Part shown: piece by piece, positions 51,637 through 61,841 of the stretch | How the letters are laid out: every line of letters starts with the position of its first letter | How positions within the stretch are numbered: the stretch's first letter is position 1 | Assembly: GCA_030704615.1 (NCBI GenBank) | Contig: CM060734.1 | Coordinates: forward strand, 6,510,001 to 6,574,000 | From: Takakia lepidozioides | Taxonomy: Eukaryota > Plantae > Bryophyta | Reading direction: 5' to 3' | DNA: 64,000 nt | The notes under the pieces: generated by a model | The model's input: the letters and a program-made list of their open reading frames with translations, nothing else | Databases searched by the model: none | Told to the model about the DNA's origin: nothing | Position numbers and translations under genes: made by a program

Positions 51637-53015
51637 CTACAAGTTTCCTCGACGGCCACGGGAGTGACGTTTGTAACGTTTGTCAAACTCGCTCCACTCC
51701 CGATGGACTCTCTCATCCCAAGCCTTATCAGAGAACTCATAAGAGGCGAACAACTCTGAACCGGCGGGAATCGTAGTACATGCACATGTCATAACAAAAT
51801 TTGATATCGATTGTGCTAGCCTAACATCCCCGTCATGTCGCTCATCCCATAGTACATTGGTCATTTTAGGGTTATCAATTGAACTATTGATGAACCCTGC
51901 AACATTCCGAAACACATCGGGATCTCCGTCACATATGACCCTTGTTCCAGGGTCCACATCCGATTGAAGACATCGAGGTCATTGACACAAAGACCATAAG
52001 GTCTCACCCAAGGGGCTACCCGTCGCATTTGCGTCCAGTGGAACCACATGTAGTATGGGCCAAAGTAGGGAAATAAGTCCACTGTCTGCCCTCTCCCTGG
52101 AGGAACCACAATATCCTCCATTGCAAATAGCCCATGACCCATGGAAGGGTTGGTGGCGGCTTTCACACAATATCGCCGACCCCAAAACTGAAATGGTTGG
52201 CTTTGAGGAATGGGGACTGGAGGCACTAGTGCACGCCAAAGGCTAGGCCTGAATGGTGTCTGCAACATCGTCCTATACTCCTTGTCAGTAACCCTAGGAT
52301 CATCGGGCCGTCGTACCTCAAGTACCGGTGGTGGCCTACACTTCCTAGGGGTCCGGGTGGGACGTGCACGTGAGACACCTATGGGGGCCTGGGATTGGGA
52401 AGGGGCAGCTGTCCGAATATGTTGGGGTGACTGATGATGTGAACTAGGAGGTGGAGTGATATGTGACTGGTCGGGTGAGCAGCTGGGAGGTGATTGTGCA
52501 CGGGGTGGACTCGAAAGTAGATGTGACTCGTGGGCTGCTGTACTAGTGCAAACTGGATGTGATAGAGGTGACCCATGGGCCGGTGCAGTACTAGTGCAAA
52601 GTAGAGGTGGTAGAGGTGACTCATGGATAGGTGGAGTGATGCAAAGTGGAGGTGGTGTAGGTGACTCTACATGGGCCGGTGTACTAGTGGAAACTGGACG
52701 AGGAGGAGATACAGATGGATGAGGATCAGAAGGTGGAGGAGGTGGAGCTGGATTAGTACAACTAGAGCGTACTAGTGATGGACATGGAATATCGACATCA
52801 TGAGGAGGCGCCGGTGCAAGTGGCGGCCGGCTGCGCGCTCGATGACCAAATAATCGAAGGGCGTAGGGTAAGCCCCTCGTCTCACGGACCCTATCTATGT
52901 CAACCTGAGGGAAAAACAAAGTGACATCCGGCAATGGATGGTCCACCTCCAACTCATCACGTATCTGTGATGTACTGTTTTTGCGTGCTTGGAGGGCAAC
53001 GACTTGTGGCTGCAC
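51637..53015 (-). pseudogene. Proline-rich protein with C-terminal SET-like domain (one frameshift near 51955)
   Basis: GHGLFAMEDI, AGFINSS (RFINHS equivalent) and IPAGSELFASY (ELxFDY equivalent) in SET order. Confidence 0.75.
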
Positions 53016-53249
53016 GTAATATATAATTCATACAATTAGTTTGTTGTTCACTCATATATTTAACCACAATAACTTCCATTACGGTATCAATTACAAGTCA
53101 TTTTTAAACATCCGAGTACTTACAAACAACGTACGTCCTTATATACTAGCACAAAAAATGTTACAACAATGGGTTATAGAAGGCTCACCCTTGCCGCATC
53201 GGTAATCAAACAAATCGAAATTAGTAAAAGGTTAATCCCGTCGCTGTGT

Positions 53250-53570
53250 AGCTGCGACCCCCTGGGGATCGCTTTTAGTGCAGCTGCATGCATCCATTTC
53301 CCGTCACTTTCTATTAGCGACCCCCTAGAGGTCGCTTCTGGGGACTTAGAAGTTTTAGAGCCGGATATTGCTAGCTGGTAGTGTGGGCACCCATTTCCCG
53401 TCGCTTTCTAGAAGCGACCCCCTGGAGGTCGCTTTTGGGGACTTGGTAGTTTTAGAGCCCGGATCGGGCCTAGTGTGGGCACCCATTTCCCGTCCTTTTC
53501 TATATGCGACCCCCTGAAGGTCGCTTTCTGGGACTTGGTGGTAGTATTGCCGGATGTTGTGGGCACCCAT
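53250..53570. repeat. Four copies of a hairpin unit (A)GCGACCCCCT-n-(G)GTCGCT in ~100-bp repeats; CACTA-subterminal-like
   Basis: Copies near 53254, 53317, 53413 and 53506, with shared flanks CCCATTTCCCGTC and GGGACTT. Confidence 0.7.
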
Positions 53571-56116
53571 CACCTTCAAACAATATAGGACGACTGTTCC
53601 AGTCCTAGATTGCGATCTCTCTTTTCTCCCGCCTCCAAGCAAAGCTTGAAGTTGAAAATCTGATTTAGACTCTTCAAAAGAGGAGAGTGCATTGTGGAAT
53701 CCCATTATTTCATGTCTAGAAGTGACAAGGGGAAGACCCCCATAGTCTATTGGGAAGGGCACCAATAGAGGCTTGTATTTGAATTGTTGGAAGAAGGAAA
53801 ATTTGTGTTTGATTACTAATTTGAAATATAGCCAGTTCTGACAAAGGCAGGCCAGTAGGCTGGATCTATGATATCAGGCCACTATAAGGCCACTATGTGC
53901 TAATCCCCCCCCCCCCCCCACTAGCAAGCCATGGAGGCCTAGGGGAGGGTGGGTTGTATTTTTTTGTATTGGGGTTTGGGCGGGCTAATTTTGCTTGACA
54001 GCAGCTGCCCCAAAGTCGCGAGCAGCCCGGGAGGAGCCCGGGTGAGGCGCCTAGAGAGTAGGGACTCGATTACTAAAAGCGTGGAGGCAGCCGTGGCCCA
54101 GCCACGACGTACAGGAGCGGGGCCCCAGCGCTGACCTTAAGTCATACTGAGATCAAGTACATCAGCCGCGTGGCTCAGGCGCGAGGCCCTGAAGCGTGCG
54201 AGCAGGGTGGGGTCTTTAACGTTGGATAACCAAAAGTTGAGACGGACCGGCGGACGTTGGCGTTAACCGCAGCGGTCCACGGTTTGGAACGCTACGCGCG
54301 GATCTGTGCCCCGCCACGTGGCGGGGGCGTTTTACCCAGCGGGCAATGTGTCTGCAAATTCCCTTAAAGGGGGGTATTCTTACCTTTAGCTATTAGATTC
54401 AATTTATACCCCTCTAAGGTTCAGGAGCCATTATCTATGGCGCCAGTGGTAGATAAAATCTAGGATTTTGGGAGGACGTAGCCTTGGAGGGGAGCGTTCT
54501 TGGGACTCCAAGAGAGACCAAGCGGGCCTGGGAGCAGTGAGCTAGAGGCGGAGACCTCGAGAGACAAGGGAGGAGAGAAAGTACTTTGTCCTAAAAACTC
54601 GGCTACAGTGAGCCTTTGTGTCAGAGCCCAAGGTAGAGGATGACTTTTTCCATGGAGGGAAAGCGCACCAGCACCTTAAAATAATGTAAGGGGGGTGAAA
54701 TCTGGCTTAGACCCACCAGTGGTTATTTTATTATTTACGCGTGCATGTTCTGGACTAACGAATGTAGTGGCAGGGATGAGCTCTCAGCGAGATTCATTCA
54801 TCCGATAGAGCCGCGACAGTTCCCCGTGGCAGGGAACGGTTCTCGGGTGTTCTTCGGTTCTCATTGGGTTCCCATATGGTTCCCAAGGGCATCTTTAGGC
54901 ACCAAGGGTATCTTTGGACTCTCCACATGATTTCCCATAGGGGAGGTATTTTTTTCTGATTTTCTGATTTTCTTTTATTTTCCAGCATTTCTGATTTACA
55001 AAATTGCTTAAATATGATAGATGCATGTGGTGCTCGTTATAGCCTGCAGGGCGTTGATTAAACTTGTTGAGTTGAAGGGTTTAGAACCACCTTATTGAAT
55101 TGAGTGAACCTATTGGATGACGATAGGCATTTTGGCCACTCCTTTGCTAAAACAAAGTATTTAGGCACTGGGGTAGGAAGCGTTGGCCCTTCCATTTAGA
55201 GGTGACTTGAACTCAAGCCCTCGGCGAAGGAGGGGCATTGGGAGAGGACGACTTTCCCTCTTCTCCCTAGGCTCGGCAGGTGCCTTGTGAAGGGATTAAA
55301 ACATGTCCCGGCTATAGGCAGCTCGGGGCTTAGGCGGTAGGAATTAGACAATAAAACACAAAGACTTGGAAGGCAGTTACTGAGTAGATTGTAGGATACC
55401 GTAGGACTTAGAAATGCAAACTCGCCCTGTGAAGAGGAGTACGTGATTTCTCTCAAACGGTCATTAACGACTGCAGGCTGTAGCGGCTCTTTCGAGCATA
55501 GTATAAAAAGGTTGCACGCAACTTAGAAGGTATCAGTGATCAGTGTGTATTCAGTGGTCTCAGAGTGATTCAATGTGTACTTCTGCGATGATGTGATGAA
55601 CTCTGAAGTAAAGCCATGCTATTTGAAGTATCTCTGTGTAGAGTGAACGTGAGATGAAGAGAATGTGCATTATGAGAGAACGTGAGATGGTGAGAATGTG
55701 TATCATCTCATAATAGTTCTTGTTTTGTCTTGACTACCATCTGATTGTATGAACAAAGAGGCTTCAGTCTTTTCGACTAAGATCTTTTAGGCCAAAGAGA
55801 CTGTAGGTTGGGCTTAATCAATAGGATTAAGCAACCTGTAGAGATATTGATTCATACAACGTCCATGTTTTAGCTATCTTTAAAACGATTACTTTGTAAT
55901 CGTTTCTGAAAGCATACCGTCGGACAACCTCTGTTGCATGTCTTGGGAAATGGGCGAATAGTGCTGATAGCCTGTTTTGTCTAAGTCATAAACCAGCAGT
56001 TAACAGGGGGAGATATTAATTTGACTCTAGGCGATCGTGAGCAGAGAGCACAGTGGAGACAGTCCAGGATGTTAGAGTTATTGTTATAGTCTGCGAAGAG
56101 TCTGCCAAAGGCCAGT

Positions 56117-56915
56117 ATGGCCACGGTCATGCAATTCTATAATTCTTATGATCCTGTTACTAGGACTGGAATAGTCAATAACATTGAGATATTAGTGGAT
56201 GTGCGTACTGTCACGGAAGTCTTGCTACTGCCTCAGGCCGGTTTTGATGTCGATGGTTTTAAGGACGAGTCTTTTGTTCCTGAGGATTACTTCAAGGGGG
56301 GGTCCACCGCATGTAATCAGACGGGAGGTTGGGCTGTTGCCAAGGCGCTTAAGCCATAGTTAATGGAATGGATGAAGTTCGCAGTTAGTCGATTGGCATT
56401 GAAGAAAGTGTCCACTTATGTAGCCTGGTCACAATTGAATGAGGTGGTATCAACATTTCAAGGTTTTCAACTCAATTGGGCAGAGTTTGTTTGCGGGAAT
56501 TAGATCCATGAGGAATTGATCTCCAAAAGGAAGAGTGGGAAGACAGACATACTGAACTGTGCAATCTATTTGTCTATGATTTTGCAGCATCGATTGAAGG
56601 TACCGGCCCCAGCCGATGTGATTGCTACCATGATTATTGATAAACCAGAGTCGAGCAAAGCGAATGAAAGGGCTTCAACACTGGCGGCAGTTAATACCAA
56701 TGTTGCAATGGTGGTGTTGGGAGGCAAAGATGCAAGCAGCCAATCGTCTTTTGCAACGAGGCTCCGTGATTTAGTTGAGGGATTGCAAGTCGTAGCAACA
56801 GAAGCCCTTGATCACGAGGACTTGCAGAAGGAATTGGCCGATTTGAGGGTTACGCATACCACTACCCTATCGCGCAATCAACAATTACAGCTTGCGTGGG
56901 ATGATGCAATGATAT
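56117..56915 (+). pseudogene. Degenerate retrotransposon accessory ORF, distantly similar to 7676-8461
   Basis: QFYNSYDPVTRTGIVNNIEILVDVRTVTEVLLLP versus QFLQNFEPRTGATTVKGVELEITPLYLQQLFELP; NWAEFV versus AWAELM; in-frame stops. Confidence 0.55.
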
Positions 56916-57694
56916 ATTCTTGTTGCGACCGAATACGTGACTAAGTGGGCTGAAGCAATGGCCACCCGCACCGATACAGCCAAGGTTGTGGCACAGTTTC
57001 TTTATGAGAATATTATCACTCGATTTGGTTGTCCTCGAGAGCTTGTGAGCGATTGTGGTACACATTTCTTGAATTCTACTATTGAGCAGATGACTTCGAA
57101 GTATGTAATTAAACATCGGAAAACGACACCTTATCACCCACGGGCTAATGGCCAGACTGAGAAGACCAATGGGTTGCTATATGGGATTTTAACGAAGACA
57201 ATTTCTAGTACTGGCAGTGATTGGGACACGAAGCTATTCTCCGCATTATGGGCCTATCGGACTGCATTTAAAGTCACTACCGGATTTACTCATTTCAGTT
57301 GGTAATATTGCCTATCGAGCTTGAAATTCCTTCCCTCCGCATAGCTATTGAGGAACGGTTGGGCAATGTTCTGTCCCTATCGGCTCGTCTGTTGCAATTA
57401 GTCAAGTTGGATGAACTTCGTCGACAGGCGTTATAGAACATTGAAGTCACACAATTGCGACGGAAGGACTATTATGATAGCCATCTTAAACCCAAGATAT
57501 TTAAAGCTCAAGATTTGGTACTTCTTTATGATAGCCGTTTTAAAAAAATTCCTGGTAAATTGAAGATGCGATGGCTCGGGCCATACCGGGTGGTGGAAGC
57601 TTTTCCAAATGGCTCGATACAATTGGCTACCATCAATGGCGACCCAGTGCCGACACGGATAAACGGCGATCGTCTTAAGTTATTTCTTACTTAA
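56916..57694 (+). pseudogene. Gypsy integrase C-terminal fragment (element F)
   Basis: TKWAEA..ITRFGCPRELVSD..YHPRANGQTE..LWAYRT..RWLGPY. Confidence 0.9.
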
Positions 57695-57720
57695 TGATTA
57701 TGTGGGCAGAATTTAGGTTA

Positions 57721-58181
57721 AGTGGGAGGGGGTGTCAATCAGCTATTAGTCAATTCAATTTTTTTAATTTAAAAAAACTATATTATCTAGAATGAATGAA
57801 GTAAATGCGAAGGGTATAGAGAGTCATTATGAGTGTACAAAGCGCCGCCGTTTGTCACAGCCGATAGATTGGGAGACAGTTAGTTCTTTATGGTTGTAGG
57901 ACGATCATAGCCATATATGACAGATGTTAGGTTAAGCCATCATGTGCGATAGATAGGATTGGGGCCCTTCTTGCCATTTTCACTGTCTGTCCATTGTTCT
58001 TGCAGCTCAGATAGTTTGTCGTAATAAGAAGTGTGAGTGCAGTGAGTGGAGAGAGAGAGTGTTTCTCCGAGAGGTGAGGAAAGTCATCAGGATGGTAATG
58101 AATGAAGTAAATGCGAAGGGTACAGAGAGTCATTATGAGTGTACAAAGCGCCGTCGTTTGTCACAGCCGATAGATTGGGAG
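57721..58181 (+). repeat. PPT and start of the 3' LTR of element F, with an ~85-bp internal duplication
   Basis: GGGAGGGGG followed by TGTC at 57733; 57791-57875 repeats at 58097-58181, where element E interrupts. Confidence 0.65.
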
Positions 58182-59377
58182 TGAAGGTCGAATGGAGGTG
58201 ATGAGGGAAACACGGAAGAACTCCAGGAGAGAGACAAGGAAATTAGGGCTTGACCCTCAAGGTGCGAAGAAGCAGGAGATGAAATCGCGATTTTTCATTA
58301 GGAGCAATGGGATGGATATTACAAATTTTCATCAGCGGATGACGACGGGCAGCATGGATGATGATCAAGGATGAAATCAAGGGTTCTCATTAACCTGTGG
58401 ATGACGGTGTGGCGGGATGCCAAAGGGATGAAATACGTAGCAAAACGTTAATTTTTCATTACCTAAGGATGAAGTTGTAGAAATAAGACAAACTGCTCAG
58501 CAGCGATTTAGGAAGTGGTGTGGCCACAATAATAGTGACTAGGTGGCATCACTGAAAAGGGTGGACATAGGGATGTACACGTCGCCCTAGTGTTTATTTA
58601 GAAATGAACAGGCATGTGGCGCAGAGGGGAATAATACCCGGTGGCCACTAAATCTTTAGGCCTAAGAAGGTAGATTATTAATTTTTGGTTTCTAGTTACT
58701 AAATTAGCACGTGGTGTGACGGTGGAGGATAGGATCAGGCCTATGATCAGGCAGGTATAAAGCTAGCAGCTCAGGCTGAACAGGCTCTCTCGCATTGTTG
58801 ATACTAGTTGGGTGGTGAAGTAAAGCAGGGACGTGGCCCCTGATTGCAAGCGAACATGAGCAGAATGTGAACGTGTGAAGTCGAAATTTAGCAACTGATC
58901 TTGTGAAGTAGGCATCATGAACCGTTACAGAATGCATTTGGAAACGGCATTTACAAAGAGTAGCAGGTTTGCAGTCATGTAGAACGAAATAAAGCAAGTT
59001 TGTCAAGCACGATGGAGTCATAGCTAGAAGATGAATTAACACAGCATGTAGTGGAGCAATTCAACTAAGCATATAGTTGCATACACATCTTGGAGAATGT
59101 CAAAGCTTGAAGCACGTATGGTCATTTGAAGGTTGAACATGGGCTCTACTGACAGGCCGCCATGCCAATGGGAGAATGATGCTGGATGTATACGGAAGTG
59201 AATGACTCACGGATCAAGGACACGACTTTCACGCTCCGGGGATGATAAATCAAAAGAAGCAGATGACATGTTGAGAGAAGGAATAAGATTCCCGTTTATG
59301 CCAGGCTTTCTCTTCCGCTGCAGTCTGGGATAAATGGAGTACTAACGGGATGTGTGTCATGGGTGTTAGGACCTCCA
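58182..59377 (+). repeat. Putative 5' LTR of element E
   Basis: TGAAGGTC...GACCTCCA imperfect inverted termini; followed by an iMet PBS; its start coincides with the break in the F-LTR duplication. Confidence 0.65.
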
Positions 59378-59381
59378 TTTT

Positions 59382-59393
59382 TGGTATCAGAGC
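59382..59393 (+). promoter_or_regulatory. tRNA-iMet primer-binding site
   Basis: TGGTATCAGAGC. Confidence 0.9.
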
Positions 59394-59647
59394 AGGTCGA
59401 CTGTGGACTAACTAAACAGGAAAATGGGCGTTTCATCGTCAACTTTCGAGTTCAACGAGATGCAATGCAAGATGGTCAAGCTTTGCAAGGGCAATGGTGT
59501 CGAAGGACTACATCTACTGTTCACATCAAAATGGAAAAAGGGCTGATGGCGAGCATAACAAATCAATACACGGGCTAGAAGGTTACGAGAATGATGGAAG
59601 GAAGGGTTCAATGGAAATTGAATCACTGATTTAACAAGAACATCAGG

Positions 59648-61003
59648 ATGACAATCCTCCCTGGAGTTGCCGATGCACCATTTCACGGATGGGAGAGGGA
59701 AGATGTAAGAGATTGGATCGAAAGGCTACAGATGATTGGAGATATCAAGGACCTAAGCAAGGATAAATTGTTCAAGGTGGCTAGGCTGAACCTACATGGG
59801 ACAGCGGAAAACTGGTACCTGAGACAAGAACCAAGACCTTCAAACTGGATCGATTTTCGAGCTGCGATCATTGGAAAGTTTGATCGAATGGACTTCACCG
59901 AGCATGACCTGAAATTACAGAAGTCACATGAAGGAAGAAGATTACTGGAACATTTGGAAACTACCCTATGGGAGGAGAAAGACAGACAAAACATCTTCAA
60001 CTCTGACTGTTATATTGACACATCAGACATCAAGGTCCATGAGAAGTACGTCGCAAGAAGAGCTGAGATACCTGGAAATCCTGCAAACACGACATTGCTA
60101 CTTGAAACCAGACGCAATCACTGCCAAGAAGAACACATGGCTGCCGTCTGTCCCACAATAAGAACCATTTCTGAATGTGAGAAAGATCACCAGGAAGGGC
60201 ACGGGATAGAAACGTGTGGTATTATGTGTCCCTCTTGCAAGATGCATGGACATTTTGAGTTGGAATGCGAAATCAAACAGGAGCAACAGGGTGAATCAGT
60301 GACCTCTGCGAACTCTTATGGGGTAGATGATGAAGAAACAATAATAGCTGAGTTTGAAGAGTGGATTGCACAACATTCTACCAGAGAGGAGAAGGAATAT
60401 GATACTGTACAGGTCAAGGCGGAGACGATGAGAGATGGGAAGTGGTCACATGCTCCACTTGTTGCAATAAGAAAAAGGGATGATTCAGCTGCACCACCTG
60501 CAACCCCAACAACACCAGCAGCAAAGGAGATCATATCATCGCTGTTGCTTAGCAAAAGACAAGGGGTGACAGCGGAAGGAGTGCAAGTAAAGAAAGCAGA
60601 AGAAGATCACTTGGAAGAGATTCACAATGAAGAACAACAGAAGACGCAGGCTGAAGGGGGAGTTGTGCAGCCACCTACTACTGGCACCAAAAGAAAATGG
60701 GTGAGGTACAACTGGCACCCTGGCGCTGAGCAAGTCAGGTGTGAACTGTCGAGAGTGAATGTAGTTGAGTTTTTCTTTAAAGGTAGTGACAGCAATAGGG
60801 ATGGACTGCCACACTGCATTTCAGAACCAAAACAGCATAGGAACAGTTGTCATCACAAACAGAAGAGAGTCAAGTTTGAGCTATTGCCTGGGGTCAACAC
60901 AGTTGGGCAATCTGCCAGTTTCAGTTACAGCATTGGGGATGGACTATTTCCTAGTACTTCATTCAACGACGACAACATAGTGTATGGTCTCTTGAGCAGA
61001 TGA
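59648..61003 (+). CDS. Gag-like protein of element E
   Basis: FHG..EDVRDWIERL...LNLHGTAENWY..WIDFRAAIIGKF retrotransposon Gag pattern; CPSCKMHGHFELEC knuckle; lies downstream of the PBS. Confidence 0.75.
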   Translation: MTILPGVADAPFHGWEREDVRDWIERLQMIGDIKDLSKDKLFKVARLNLHGTAENWYLRQEPRPSNWIDFRAAIIGKFDRMDFTEHDLKLQKSHEGRRLLEHLETTLWEEKDRQNIFNSDCYIDTSDIKVHEKYVARRAEIPGNPANTTLLLETRRNHCQEEHMAAVCPTIRTISECEKDHQEGHGIETCGIMCPSCKMHGHFELECEIKQEQQGESVTSANSYGVDDEETIIAEFEEWIAQHSTREEKEYDTVQVKAETMRDGKWSHAPLVAIRKRDDSAAPPATPTTPAAKEIISSLLLSKRQGVTAEGVQVKKAEEDHLEEIHNEEQQKTQAEGGVVQPPTTGTKRKWVRYNWHPGAEQVRCELSRVNVVEFFFKGSDSNRDGLPHCISEPKQHRNSCHHKQKRVKFELLPGVNTVGQSASFSYSIGDGLFPSTSFNDDNIVYGLLSR

Positions 61004-61841
61004 GAGATGAGGCAAGGACATTGGAGAGACTGAGTGATGAGAGCACAAAGGAAAAGAAAGAGGGGAGTGAAACTGTGAGTGAGGACTTAGCTGATGTGTT
61101 GTTGAAAGAAGAAGAGATGAACCAGCAGAACCAGCACACGAAGGAAGCAAGATAGCAGGCAAGCACTGCAGTTTGCACAAAGGACATTCAATCAGTGAAT
61201 GAAGAACAGATGGAGATCAGAATAACAAACATTGGAGTAACAGCCAGTGGTGGTGAAAATGAGGCAGAAACAAAGAACTATGAGCCAGTGGAAGTGCAAG
61301 ACAGGTGCAGCATGGGATAGCAAGATGACACAGATGCCTTCATTAGAGAAGTAGTGAGTAAAGGAGAAGAGATCTCAGGAGGTAGAGAGGCAGTGAGAGT
61401 AGGCTTAGCTTGGCTTGAAATGGGGAAGAAGGAAATGCTCCAAGGAAGGCATTGCTGGGAAGAGGACAAACAGGAAGAGAAACCTGCAATCACACCAATA
61501 AAGGCAGAGTCAGCACTGGGAGGATAGCTAGATGCCAGAGGGAGTCGTGAACATGAGATTGAAAAATGAAAGAAGCCGATGAAGCCAAGTGAAGACCAAG
61601 ACAACATGGAAAGAACAACTACAATTGAGGGAGGTGGCAGTGAGAAGAACGAAAGAGGAATGGTGGACTCATCTTGGTGGAGTATCAAGCAAGGGTAGTG
61701 TGGGAACTACAACGTGCATGGAGAGATGGACGACCGCATGCCGTTCCTGCAATGCAACAAGACAGACAATCATCAGCCACTGGAGAACGACAAGATGATG
61801 AGAGAGAAGGCTATGAAGAGGCAGAAAGTACTGGAAAATAT

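Noticed and set aside
53370-53550. Exact CACTA terminus
   Set aside because: Several TAGTG/TAGTA candidates (about 53383, 53475, 53546) lie within repeats and no partner end is in the window, so the boundary was not called.
54309-54326. 18-bp perfect palindrome centred on a G-box (CCCCGCCACGTGGCGGGG)
   Set aside because: Single occurrence in unassigned, LTR-like DNA, with no supporting context.
53600-56010. Solo LTR or 5' LTR of element F
   Set aside because: It has LTR-like features (TATA at about 55502, ...TTAACA at about 56006), but I found no matching partner, PBS or TSD.
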